Source: an uncultured Actinomycetes bacterium (GTDB lineage: Bacteria > Actinomycetota > Actinomycetes > S36-B12 > CAIYMF01). From it: a stretch of 32,000 nucleotides of DNA. The translations under genes and the position numbers were made by a program. The number at the start of each line of letters is the position of its first letter. Position 1 is the first letter of the stretch. Below, in pieces: positions 8,888 through 17,475 of the stretch. The notes beneath the pieces were generated by a model that saw nothing but the letters and a program-made list of their open reading frames with translations, did not search any database and had not been told where the DNA came from. The DNA is taken from contig CAWJMG010000003.1 of assembly GCA_963843975.1 (NCBI GenBank), forward strand, positions 1,260,001-1,292,000, given 5' to 3'.

Positions 8888-11805
8888 CGCACTACCTCCG
8901 CGGTTGCGGCGAGGACGTCGCCGGGGACGCGCAAGGCGTCGTGGAGCTCGTCCTTGGTGAAGGGCTTCGCGAGCACCCGGGTTCCGATCGCCTGCGCCTC
9001 GGCCATGCGGTCGGAGTAGCCGGTCATCAGCACCACGGCGACATCGGGAAGCAGCGCGGTCACCCGTGCCGCCACCTCGATCCCGTCCATCTCGGGGTCG
9101 CCGAGGCGGATGTCCGTGACGAGCACGTCGGGGTGGAACGACGCCGCGAGCTCCAGCGCCTCGAGGGGCGTGGACGCGACCCGCACCGAGGCTCCGGTCT
9201 CCTCGACCCATGCGCCCACCAGTCCGGCGAGCGCCGCCTCGTCGTCGACGACGAGGACGCGCCTCGCACCGGCCACGGGGCCGTCGGCCACGGGCTCGTC
9301 GGGGTCGACGTCGGTCGCTGCGAGAGGCAGGAACATCTGCACCGAGGTGCCGCTGCCGGGCTCGGTGACGATCGTGGCCATGCCGCCGCTCTGCGTGGCC
9401 AGCGAGTAGACCGCCGTCAGCCCGAGGCCCGTGCCGTTGCCGGTGCTCTTGGTGGAGAAGAAGGGCTCGAAGGCGCGCGCCCCGACCTCGGGGCTCATCC
9501 CCGAGCCGTCGTCGCGCACGTCGAGGACGACGTACTCACCCGGCGACACGTCGGCGACGCCGTCGCTGAGGGTCCTGCGTCCGACGTGGACGACGATCGT
9601 GCCGCCGACGTCCGTCGCATCGCGCGAGTTGATGACCAGGTTGAGCACGGCGCTCGAGAGCTGGCCGGAGTCGACGAGCACGTGATGGCTGCCCGGGTCG
9701 ACCTCGAGGGTGACGCTGCGCTGGCCGCCGACGGCCTGGCGCACCAGCGGCATCATGTCGCGCACGAACGACCCCACCTCGACGTCGCTCGCCTGCAGAG
9801 GCTGGCTCCGGGACACCGCGAGAAGCGAGGAGGCGATCTCGGTGCCGCGGCCCGCGGCGTCGACCGCGCGGTCGACGTACCGCACCAGGTCGGGGTGCGC
9901 CTCGACGCGGCCGTCCTCCTGCAGCATCTGCAGGTAGCCCGTGATGATGAAGAGCAGGTTGTTGAAGTCGTGGGCGAGACCGCCGGCCATCGTGCCGAGG
10001 GCCTGCAGCCTCTGGGCCTGGGCACCGCGCACGGCACGGGCGCGCTGCTCGGTGACGTCCTGCACCTGGATGAGGCCGCGGACGCCGTCGCGCTCGGCCA
10101 CGTGCACCGGGCTCGCGTTGACGAGGTAGATCCGCAGCGACTCCTCGGACGTCATGTCGACGTGCTCGAGCGTGCCGGGGATGCCGGTGACGCAGGCCTC
10201 GAGGAGGGTCGCGAACTTCGCCCGGTCCTGATCGGTCGTGCTGAACGGGAGGACGTCGACGACGTGGCGACCCACGAGCTCGTCGGCGGCCTTGTCGGTG
10301 CCCCCGTTGGCCATCCGGACGACGCCGTCGGAGTCGATGAGCGCGACGAGCCCGGGAGCCGAGGCGATGGCGGTGGCCAGGAGCTCCTCGCGGTCCTCGA
10401 GCCGGCGCTGCCCGCGGTAGCGCGCGTTGGCCGCCTGCAGGACGAGGAACAGCGCCACGATGCCGAAGCCGGCGAGGCCGAGCAGCACCATGGCGCGCAC
10501 GAGCATCGACGGACCGAGCGCATCGGTGGCGAGCGCCTCGATCCGCAGCGTCACGGTGCCGAACGTGGCATCGGCACCCGCACGCTCGGCCTCGGCGTCG
10601 AAGATCGCGTCCTCGGGCACGATGCTCGTCAGCGTCGTCTCCGGCCCCGTGGCGGGGACCTCGACGAGGACAAGCGCGACCTCGTCGTGGAGCGGACCGA
10701 GACCTGCTGCGGCCTCCTCGAAGACGACGGGCAGCGACACGGCCATGGAGAGCAGCCGCGGCACGGACGGGGCCGGATCGATCGACTGCGGTGTCACGAA
10801 CACCAGCGAGGGCTCGGGCTCTGCGTCGGCCGCAGGGACGTCACGCACCCCGAGGAGCTGAAGCGAGCCCGACTCGACGACCTGCGTGGCTGCGGTCCGG
10901 TCGGCGGGGCTGCCGCCCATCACCGCGGCGAGATCGGGCGAGCTCCCCTGCCGCGAGAGGATCTGCAGCGCCGTCGGACCGTCGGGCGTGCCGGCCAGCA
11001 GCGCGAGGGCGGAGACCGACGTGTTGCCGCCGAGGAACGGCTGCATCGCCTGGGCGAACGAGTCCTCGGTGTCCCAGGGCAGGCGCGGTGCTGTCGCGGC
11101 GCGGGCCATGTAGCTGTCGATGTCGGTGCCGACGGCCTGCTGGAACGACGCGGCCGCCGTGTCCGCGGCGGTCTGCAGCGTGGCGGCGTCGTCGGCCGCC
11201 CAGAACGCGAGCACCGCCCGGGCCCCGAGCCCCACGAGCGCTACGACCACGAAAGGGCCGGCGAGCGTCGACAGCGGCGACCGGGCCCGCTGACCGACCG
11301 TCGGTCGGGCGGCGACGGCCCCGGCGACGAACGCCGCGACCGCGACCGGGAGCGCACGGGCGAAGAACATCTCCGCGAACGTCGTCCACCCCGTCGAGGC
11401 GGGCAGCAGCCACGCCTCGGCCATGCCACCGAGCACGGCCACGGCGACGAGGTAGGTGCTGACGACCGCGAAGCGGTGCCCGGGCGCCGCGTTGGCGCCG
11501 GCTCGGCGCGGCGCGAGGGTCAGGGCGGCCGCCACGGCGCACGCCTCGACGACCCCGATGACCGCGGCGGCGGGGCTGACCCCGAGGCCCCCGACCGCGA
11601 GCTGCGCGGCGAGGGCGAGCAGGACGTAGGCGACCCGCTGCGGCACCGAGCGCACCTCGCGCAGGAGCGTCGCGAGGACGATGAGGTCGACGCGTACGAG
11701 ACCGTGGGTGAACGCGGCGAGCGCGGAGGATGCGACGACGACCAGCACGGCGAGAAGGGCGAGGGCGGCGCGGACGGCAGCGGGACGTCCCGCGGTCGCT
11801 GCCAT
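8884..11805 (-). CDS. Hybrid sensor histidine kinase (multi-TM N-terminus, extracytoplasmic domain, PAS, HisKA, HATPase_c, REC)
   Basis: ATG 11805 is preceded by GGAGG about 10 nt upstream, so the listed 1081-aa ORF is over-extended. About 7 N-terminal hydrophobic spans come first, then a hydrophilic stretch of about 260 aa, then one more TM. Kinase motifs are the H-box GGLAHDFNNLL, N-box LNLVINSRDA, DDGSGM, FEPFFSTK and GTGLGL. A C-terminal receiver is present (VLVVDDE, VLVTDIRL, AKPF). Confidence 0.9.
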   Translation of the reverse strand: MAATAGRPAAVRAALALLAVLVVVASSALAAFTHGLVRVDLIVLATLLREVRSVPQRVAYVLLALAAQLAVGGLGVSPAAAVIGVVEACAVAAALTLAPRRAGANAAPGHRFAVVSTYLVAVAVLGGMAEAWLLPASTGWTTFAEMFFARALPVAVAAFVAGAVAARPTVGQRARSPLSTLAGPFVVVALVGLGARAVLAFWAADDAATLQTAADTAAASFQQAVGTDIDSYMARAATAPRLPWDTEDSFAQAMQPFLGGNTSVSALALLAGTPDGPTALQILSRQGSSPDLAAVMGGSPADRTAATQVVESGSLQLLGVRDVPAADAEPEPSLVFVTPQSIDPAPSVPRLLSMAVSLPVVFEEAAAGLGPLHDEVALVLVEVPATGPETTLTSIVPEDAIFDAEAERAGADATFGTVTLRIEALATDALGPSMLVRAMVLLGLAGFGIVALFLVLQAANARYRGQRRLEDREELLATAIASAPGLVALIDSDGVVRMANGGTDKAADELVGRHVVDVLPFSTTDQDRAKFATLLEACVTGIPGTLEHVDMTSEESLRIYLVNASPVHVAERDGVRGLIQVQDVTEQRARAVRGAQAQRLQALGTMAGGLAHDFNNLLFIITGYLQMLQEDGRVEAHPDLVRYVDRAVDAAGRGTEIASSLLAVSRSQPLQASDVEVGSFVRDMMPLVRQAVGGQRSVTLEVDPGSHHVLVDSGQLSSAVLNLVINSRDATDVGGTIVVHVGRRTLSDGVADVSPGEYVVLDVRDDGSGMSPEVGARAFEPFFSTKSTGNGTGLGLTAVYSLATQSGGMATIVTEPGSGTSVQMFLPLAATDVDPDEPVADGPVAGARRVLVVDDEAALAGLVGAWVEETGASVRVASTPLEALELAASFHPDVLVTDIRLGDPEMDGIEVAARVTALLPDVAVVLMTGYSDRMAEAQAIGTRVLAKPFTKDELHDALRVPGDVLAATAEVVR

Positions 11806-12041
11806 GGATCCCTGCCTCCGCCTCGTGACCCCCGACGGGCGTCGTGGTCGATCGACGCTCGCGGGCCGGTGCTCCGGCGCGGCTGCCTTGCGTCTCTCCT
11901 GAGAGTAGGCACCGGGCAGGTGCCCAGTCGCCCCCACTTCTCCTCCCACGCAGCAGAGGAGAGGAAATCTTGAGCCCTTTCGGGTGTTCGGTGGAGCCTC
12001 CGGAGGCGACCTGGTCGCGTCTCCGCCCGTACGGTGTCTGC

Positions 12042-12497
12042 ATGCGCAAGAACCGGAGCAGGTGGACGACCGTGGGTGCAGCAGCTGCGCTCTCGCTCGC
12101 CCTCGGCATGGCGTCCGCCCTGCCGGCACAGGCCGTCACGGCCTCCTCGACGTCGGGCTCGATCAGCTTCACCGGATCCGGCACGTCGATGAAGGTCGTC
12201 ACGAGCGTGAAGTTCACCTCGACGTACGCCGGCTCCTACAACGTCAAGTACGACATCTACCGCAGCTTGTCCTCGTCGAGGTCCAGCGCCGTGAAGGTCA
12301 ACACCAAGACGGTGTTCACCAAGACGCTGTCGACCAGCAAGGGCTCGTCGTACACCTACGGCCCCAACTCGACCAACTGCGCGGCCGGCACGACGACGTA
12401 CTACTACTGGATCCAGGGCACGGTCACCGACACCACCGGCGGGACCGCCTCGTTCGTGTCCGCCGTCGCCTCGGCCAAGGCCTGCACGTCGCTGTGA
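12042..12497 (+). CDS. Small secreted two-cysteine protein, paralogue A (family unknown to me)
   Basis: ATG 12042 begins a signal peptide, MRKNRSRWTTVGAAAALSLALGMASALPAQA. Length is 151 aa. The protein is Ser/Thr/Tyr-rich and has 2 Cys. About half of its aligned positions are identical to the next ORF. Confidence 0.7.
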   Translation: MRKNRSRWTTVGAAAALSLALGMASALPAQAVTASSTSGSISFTGSGTSMKVVTSVKFTSTYAGSYNVKYDIYRSLSSSRSSAVKVNTKTVFTKTLSTSKGSSYTYGPNSTNCAAGTTTYYYWIQGTVTDTTGGTASFVSAVASAKACTSL

Positions 12498-12952
12498 CCG
12501 GCGCCGGACCTCGCTCGTTCCTGCGCTCCGCGACCGCAGTCGTGTCCGCCCTCCTGGTCGGCGCGACCGTCGTCGCACCCGCCCACGCGAGCGCGGCCAC
12601 CAACGCCGGCGCCAGCCTCAGCTTCTCGGGCTCGGGCAGCACGATGCGCATCGTCACCAGCGTGAAGTTCACGGCGACCTACACGGGCATGTACAACGTG
12701 AAGTACGACGTCTTCCGCAGTCTCTCGGCGTCCAAGACGAACCCCGTGAAGGTCAGCACCAAGACGGTCTTCAGCCGTACGTACTCGGCCATGAGCGGGA
12801 CGACGTACGTCTTCCGGCCGACCAGCTCGCTCTGCGCGGCCGGCGGCACCACGTACTACTACTGGGTGCGCGCGTCGGTCTCCGACACCGCGACCGGAAC
12901 CGTCGTCGTTCGGTCGCCCGTCGTCGCCGCCGCAGGCTGCACCGAGATCTGA
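12494..12952 (+). CDS. Small secreted two-cysteine protein, paralogue B
   Basis: GTG 12494 overlaps the stop of paralogue A (GTGA at 12494-12497). The signal-like N-terminus is VTGAGPRSFLRSATAVVSALLVGATVVAPAHASA. Shared blocks are SFxGSGxxMxxVTSVKFTxTYxGxYNVKYDxxRSLS, VKVxTKTVF and CAAGxTTYYYW, plus a C-terminal Cys. It is embedded in a longer listed ORF (11984..12952) whose N-terminal part is out-of-frame shadow. Confidence 0.7.
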   Translation: MTGAGPRSFLRSATAVVSALLVGATVVAPAHASAATNAGASLSFSGSGSTMRIVTSVKFTATYTGMYNVKYDVFRSLSASKTNPVKVSTKTVFSRTYSAMSGTTYVFRPTSSLCAAGGTTYYYWVRASVSDTATGTVVVRSPVVAAAGCTEI

Positions 12953-12961
12953 CGCCGCCGC

Positions 12962-14116
12962 TCAGACGTTCGCGAGCGCGAGCTGCAGCGTCTCGGTGAC
13001 GAGGTCGAAGACCCGCTCGCGCTCGACGAGGAACCCGTCGTGGCCGTACGGCGACGTGATCGCGCGCAGGCCGCCCACGGTGCCCGGTGCGTTCTCGGCC
13101 ACGAAGCCCTGGGTGTGCAGCGGGTAGAGGCGGTCGCTGTCGATGCCCGCAACCACGAGAGGCACCGAGACGCGGGCGAGGGCGGCCTCCGCTCCCCCAC
13201 GGCCACGACCGACGTCCCACGTGTTCATCGCGTCCGTCAGGGCGACGTAGGTGCCGGCGTCGAAGCGGTGCAGCAGCTTGGCCGCCTGGTGGTCGAGGTA
13301 CGACTGGACGGCGTACCGCCCGCCCGACAGCGGGTCCTCGCCGTCCTGGGGCTGCGACCCGAAGCGGGTCGCGAGCTCCAGCTCGCTGCGGTAGGTGAGG
13401 TGGGCGATCCGCCGCGCGATCCCGAGGCCCGCTGTGGGCCCCTCCCCCGGCGCCGCGTCGTGGTAGTCGCCGCCGCGCCAGCCCCGGTCCGAGGTGACGG
13501 CGAGGATCTGCGCGGTCTGGGTGCCGATCTGGTCGGCCGTCGCGACGGCACCCGAGGCGAGGAACAGGGCCGAGGCGATGCGGTCGCCGTGGCCGACGGC
13601 CCATTCCAGCGCCCGCATGCCACCCATCGAGCCGCCGAGCACGGACGCCCAGCGCGCGATGCCGAGATGGTCTGCGAGGGCTGCCTCGGCCCGCACCTGG
13701 TCGCCGACGGTGATGCGCGGGAACCGCGACCCGTAGCGGGCTCCGTCCGGAGCGAGCGAGGACGGCCCCGTCGTGCCCTGGCAGCCGCCGAGGATGTTGG
13801 GCGCCACGACGAACCAGCGGTCGGTGTCCAGCGGGGCCCCGGGCCCGATCAGGCCGTCCCACCATCCGGGCGTCGGATGCCCCGGTCCTCTGTCGCCCAC
13901 CACGTGGGAGTCGCCGGTGAGGGCGTGCAGCACGAGCACGGCGTTGGAGCGGTCGGCGTCGAGCTCGCCCCAGGTCTCGTACGCCACGGTGACGTCGTCC
14001 AGGCGGCCCCCGAGCTCGAGATCGAGCCCGCCGAGCCGCGCGAACCTGCGAGCGCCCACGGGGTCACCCGCCTGCCAGGCACCGCTGGCAGGAGGGAGAC
14101 CCCGGGCGTCGCTCAT
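12962..14116 (-). CDS. metX: Homoserine O-acetyltransferase
   Basis: The internal ATG at 14116 of the listed 825-aa ORF gives 384 aa. Family blocks are [38 protein letters not shown], the nucleophile elbow LGGSMGGM, and SPYGHDGFL at the C-terminus. Confidence 0.9.
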   Translation of the reverse strand: MSDARGLPPASGAWQAGDPVGARRFARLGGLDLELGGRLDDVTVAYETWGELDADRSNAVLVLHALTGDSHVVGDRGPGHPTPGWWDGLIGPGAPLDTDRWFVVAPNILGGCQGTTGPSSLAPDGARYGSRFPRITVGDQVRAEAALADHLGIARWASVLGGSMGGMRALEWAVGHGDRIASALFLASGAVATADQIGTQTAQILAVTSDRGWRGGDYHDAAPGEGPTAGLGIARRIAHLTYRSELELATRFGSQPQDGEDPLSGGRYAVQSYLDHQAAKLLHRFDAGTYVALTDAMNTWDVGRGRGGAEAALARVSVPLVVAGIDSDRLYPLHTQGFVAENAPGTVGGLRAITSPYGHDGFLVERERVFDLVTETLQLALANV

Positions 14117-14121
14117 GGAGG

Positions 14122-15439
14122 TCAGGCGCTCTTGGCCGCGCGGAAGCCGGCGTCGAGGTCGGCGAGGATGTCCTCGATGTTCTCGATGCCCACCGAGAGG
14201 CGGACGAGGCCGGGGGTGACGCCGGTCGTGGCCTGCTCCTCCGCGGTGAGCTGCGAGTGCGTGGTCGACGCCGGGTGGATCACGAGCGAGCGCACGTCGC
14301 CGATGTTGGCGACGTGGCTGTGCAGCTCGAGGCCCTCGACGAAGCGCTTGCCCGCCTCGACGCCGCCCTGGATCTCGAAGGCGAGGACGCCGCCCGTGCC
14401 CTTCGGCGCGTACTTCTGACCGCGCTCGTACCACGGCGAGGCTCGGCAGGCCGGCGTAGTTCACCGACAGCACCTCGTCGCGCGTCTCGAGCCACTCGGC
14501 CACGCGCTGCGCGTTCTGCACGTGCCGCTCGACGCGCAGCGACAGCGTCTCGATGCCTTGCGCGATGAGGAACGCGTTGAACGGCGAGACTGCGGAGCCG
14601 AGGTCGCGCAGCAGCTGCACGCGGGCCTTGAGGATGAACGCGAGGTTGGCACCGAGGGCCGAGCCGACGCCGAGGTCGCGCGCGTAGACGAGGCCGTGGT
14701 AGCTCGGGTCGGGCTGGTTGTAGTTCGGGAATCGCTCGGGGTCGGCGGCGAAGTCGAAGCGGCCGCTGTCGACGATCACGCCGGCGATCGACGAGCCGTG
14801 GCCGCCGAGGTACTTCGTTGCCGAGTGCACGACGATGTCCGCGCCCCACTCGAACGGACGGATGAGGTACGGCGTCGCCACCGTGTTGTCGACGACGAGC
14901 GGCACGCCGACCTCGTGGGCGACCTTGGCGACGCCCTCGATGTCGAGGATGTCGTTCTTCGGGTTGGAGATCGTCTCGCCGAAGAACGCCTTGGTGTTCG
15001 GGCGTGCGGCCGACCGCCACTGCTCGAGGTCGTCGGGGTCCTCGACGAACGAGACCTCGATGCCCAGCTTGGGGAACGTGTAGTGCAGGAGGTTGTACGT
15101 GCCGCCGTAGAGCGAGGGGCTGGCCACGATGTGGTCGCCGGCCTCGGCGAGGTTGAGCAGGGCGATGGTCTCGGCCGCCTGGCCGCTCGACACCAGGAGC
15201 GCGGCGAGGCCGCCCTCGAGCGCGGCGACGCGGTCCTCGACCGCCGCCTGCGTCGGGTTCATGATGCGGGTGTAGATGTTGCCGAACTCCTTGAGGCCGA
15301 ACAGGTTGGCCGCGTGCTCGGTGGAGTCGAAGGTGAACGACGTGGTCTGGTAGATCGGCAGCGCACGTGCGTTGGTCTGGCTGTCGGGCGTCTGGCCCGC
15401 GTGGATCTGCTTGGTCTCGAAGCTCCAGTCGGCGCTCAT
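14122..15439 (-). pseudogene. metY: O-acetylhomoserine sulfhydrylase interrupted by a 1-nt insertion (or sequencing error)
   Basis: The span is 1318 nt, which is 3n+1. From ATG 15439 the frame gives a canonical MetY N-terminus ([24 protein letters not shown]) up to ...VNYAGLPS. The canonical continuation [23 protein letters not shown]...[10 protein letters not shown]...[22 protein letters not shown] with TGA at 14122-14124 lies one frame over. Coding strand reads ctg ccg agc C tcg ccg tgg, so the extra base is G at + strand 14440/14441. Confidence 0.85.
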
Positions 15440-15579
15440 GTCAGGTGGCTCTCTTCTGTGCGTCCCGGTCTGGCGGGAAGGGCTGGTGAGGATCGGGGTG
15501 CCGCGGCGGGCGGCGAGGTTCTGGGTGGCCGGATGGCCGGACGAGGCGCCCGGGAGGGCGGGTGCGACCGCGGGACGAC

Positions 15580-15609
15580 GAAGGCCGGAGAAGGTGCTCT
15601 CCGGCCTCG
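15580..15609 (-). terminator. Strong hairpin in the intergenic region between the polysaccharide-locus end and metY
   Basis: Minus-strand GGCCGGAGA-GCACCT-TCTCCGGCC forms a 9-bp perfect stem that flanking pairs can extend. It lies about 220 nt downstream of the 15829 stop and about 140 nt upstream of the metY ATG. It could be a terminator or a leader attenuator, and has no U-tract. Confidence 0.35.
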
Positions 15610-15828
15610 GGCGCGAGTCTTTCTAGTCCCGCTAGGGACGGTCGCACGGCCGCATGCCGGGCATTCGACACATCTGCGAGGACACGCGACCGAGGTCGAC
15701 GTGTCGGCGAGAGGTGAGAGCCGGGCGGCGGTGCATGGGCAGGACCGTAGCAACGCACCTGGACGGGCGACAACGCGGGGTCGCCGGAAGCGCCCTTGTT
15801 GCAAGGACTTTGCAGGACGCTGCAGCGG

Positions 15829-17475
15829 CTAGTAGGCGCCGCGCGACGCGAGCACGGCGCGAACGGTGCGCACCATGATCGCGATGTCGAGCAGGAAGCT
15901 CCAGTTCTCGACGTAGTACAGGTCGAGACGGACCGAGTCCTCCCAGCTGAGGTCGGCGCGACCGCTGACCTGCCAGAGGCCGGTGAGGCCGGGCTTGACG
16001 AGCAGACGGCGCTGCACGTGGTTCTCGTACTGCGCCACCTCGCGCGGCAGCGGCGGCCGCGGCCCGACGAGCGACATCTGGCCGAACAGCACGTTGACCA
16101 GCTGCGGCAGCTCGTCCAGGGACGTCTTGCGGAGGAACTTGCCGACGCGGGTGATGCGCGGGTCGTCGACGACCTTGAGCAGCGGGCCGTCGCCGTGGAC
16201 GTTGGCGGCCTTGATGTCGTCGAGGCGCGCCTCGGCGTCCATGCTCATGGATCGGAACTTCAGCATCGTGAAGGTCTTGCCCGCGCGCCCGACGCGCTCC
16301 TGGCGGAAGAAGGCCGGGCCGTGCGAGTCGAGCCGGACTGCGATCGCGAGCACGAGGAACAGCGGAGCGAGGAGCACGAGGGAGACGAAGGCGACGCCTC
16401 GGTCGAAGAGCCCCTTGAAGACGCGGCGGAAGCCGGTGAACTCGGGCTTCTCGACGTGCAGCAGCGGCAGGCCGGCGACCGGTCGCACCGAGATGCGCGG
16501 GCCTGAGACGTCGGTGAGGTTCGGCGTGACGAGGATGTCGACGTGGGTGCCCTCGAGCTCCCACGACAGGCGGCGGAGCTCGGCCTGCGACAGCGTCGAC
16601 CACGCGCCGAACGCGATGGTGTCCGCACCGGACCGGATGAGGGCGTCAGCGGCGTCGCGAGAGGTGCCCACGACCGGGACACCCTCGACGGTGTCGCCCT
16701 GCGCCTGGTCGACGAGCGCGCCGACCACGAGGAACGGGTGGTCGTCGTGGCGGCGCAGGCGGCGGATGAGCTCGGCGGTCGAGCGCTCGGTGCCGATGAC
16801 GAGCACGCGGCGCGAGGCCGTGCCCTCCCTCTCGGCGCGACGCTCGACGCGGCGGCCGATGGCGCGCACGATCAGGCTGAGGACCATCGCCAGCGGGATG
16901 GCGACGATGGCGTAGCCGCGGGCGAAGTCCCAGTTGAGCAGGTACGACAACAGCGCCAGGATCGCGAGGAACCGCACCGCGGAGTCGAGCACGCGGCGGA
17001 ACTCGTCGGTGCCGTCCCCGATGAACCGGGCCTCGTAGGCGCGGCCGAGCCCGAGCACGCCCACCCAGGCGAGCGGGAAGAGCAGGGTGACCGGCAGGTA
17101 GATCGCGTTGGGGCCGTAGCCGGCGTCGACGCCGAAGCGCAGGACGAGGGCGAAGGACGCGGCGAAGAAGGCAGCGAGCGCGTCGGCGACGATCAGGCCG
17201 CGGATGTAGCGCTTGACCCAGCGGACCCTGCGCAGGGAGATCGCCTCCAGGTCGGGGCGCCGGTCCTCGGGAGTGAGGTCGGCCTTGAAGATACGGGTCG
17301 TCTGCTGGGGAACGCTGGTCAGGACCGGCGGCTCGACCGCCGTGGCGCCGGGGACGAGGGCGATGACCTCGGGGTCAACGGGGTCTGCTGCGCGCAGGGC
17401 GTCGTCGATCGCGTGCGCCAGGCCCGCGCTCTGCGCCCGCTGCCGCTCCACCGCCACCGCTTCCTCGTCGAGCAT
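15829..17475 (-). CDS. Polyprenyl glycosylphosphotransferase (WbaP/CpsE-type priming sugar transferase)
   Basis: ATG 17475 is preceded by GGGGGAG. N-terminal TM spans and a linker are followed by the conserved C-terminal bacterial sugar-transferase domain (FRQERVGRAGKTFTMLKFRSM, DELPQLVNVLFGQMSLVGPRP, KPGLTGLWQVSGR). Confidence 0.9.
   Translation of the reverse strand: MLDEEAVAVERQRAQSAGLAHAIDDALRAADPVDPEVIALVPGATAVEPPVLTSVPQQTTRIFKADLTPEDRRPDLEAISLRRVRWVKRYIRGLIVADALAAFFAASFALVLRFGVDAGYGPNAIYLPVTLLFPLAWVGVLGLGRAYEARFIGDGTDEFRRVLDSAVRFLAILALLSYLLNWDFARGYAIVAIPLAMVLSLIVRAIGRRVERRAEREGTASRRVLVIGTERSTAELIRRLRRHDDHPFLVVGALVDQAQGDTVEGVPVVGTSRDAADALIRSGADTIAFGAWSTLSQAELRRLSWELEGTHVDILVTPNLTDVSGPRISVRPVAGLPLLHVEKPEFTGFRRVFKGLFDRGVAFVSLVLLAPLFLVLAIAVRLDSHGPAFFRQERVGRAGKTFTMLKFRSMSMDAEARLDDIKAANVHGDGPLLKVVDDPRITRVGKFLRKTSLDELPQLVNVLFGQMSLVGPRPPLPREVAQYENHVQRRLLVKPGLTGLWQVSGRADLSWEDSVRLDLYYVENWSFLLDIAIMVRTVRAVLASRGAY

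Noticed and set aside
8941-11973. 1010-aa plus-strand ORF, and similar long ORFs opposite or out of frame to called genes (for example 426..1268-, 2061..3503-, 3774..5330+, 5209..6597- upstream part, 13040..14419+, 14522..15832+, 17764..19353+, 19242..20540+, 20477..22015+, 23672..25372+, 25621..26745+, 26867..28981+)
   Set aside because: Their composition is dominated by Arg, Gly, Asp, His and Pro, with no recognisable motifs. Each overlaps a strongly supported gene in another frame or on the other strand. These are typical shadow ORFs of high-GC DNA.
12962-15439. 825-aa ORF that looks like a natural MetY-MetX fusion protein
   Set aside because: The middle section of about 110 aa is Arg/Pro-rich out-of-frame sequence. 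The genuine MetY C-terminus is intact in another frame with its own stop at 14122, and MetX has its own ATG at 14116. The fusion is an artefact of a 1-nt insertion plus the absence of chance stops in GC-rich DNA.
15440-15828. SAM-IV / SAM-I riboswitch in front of metY
   Set aside because: I could not find the conserved core strings (GGCAACC, GGUGCCCC-like) on the coding strand. I cannot run a covariance model, so this is reported only as an unexplained long leader.
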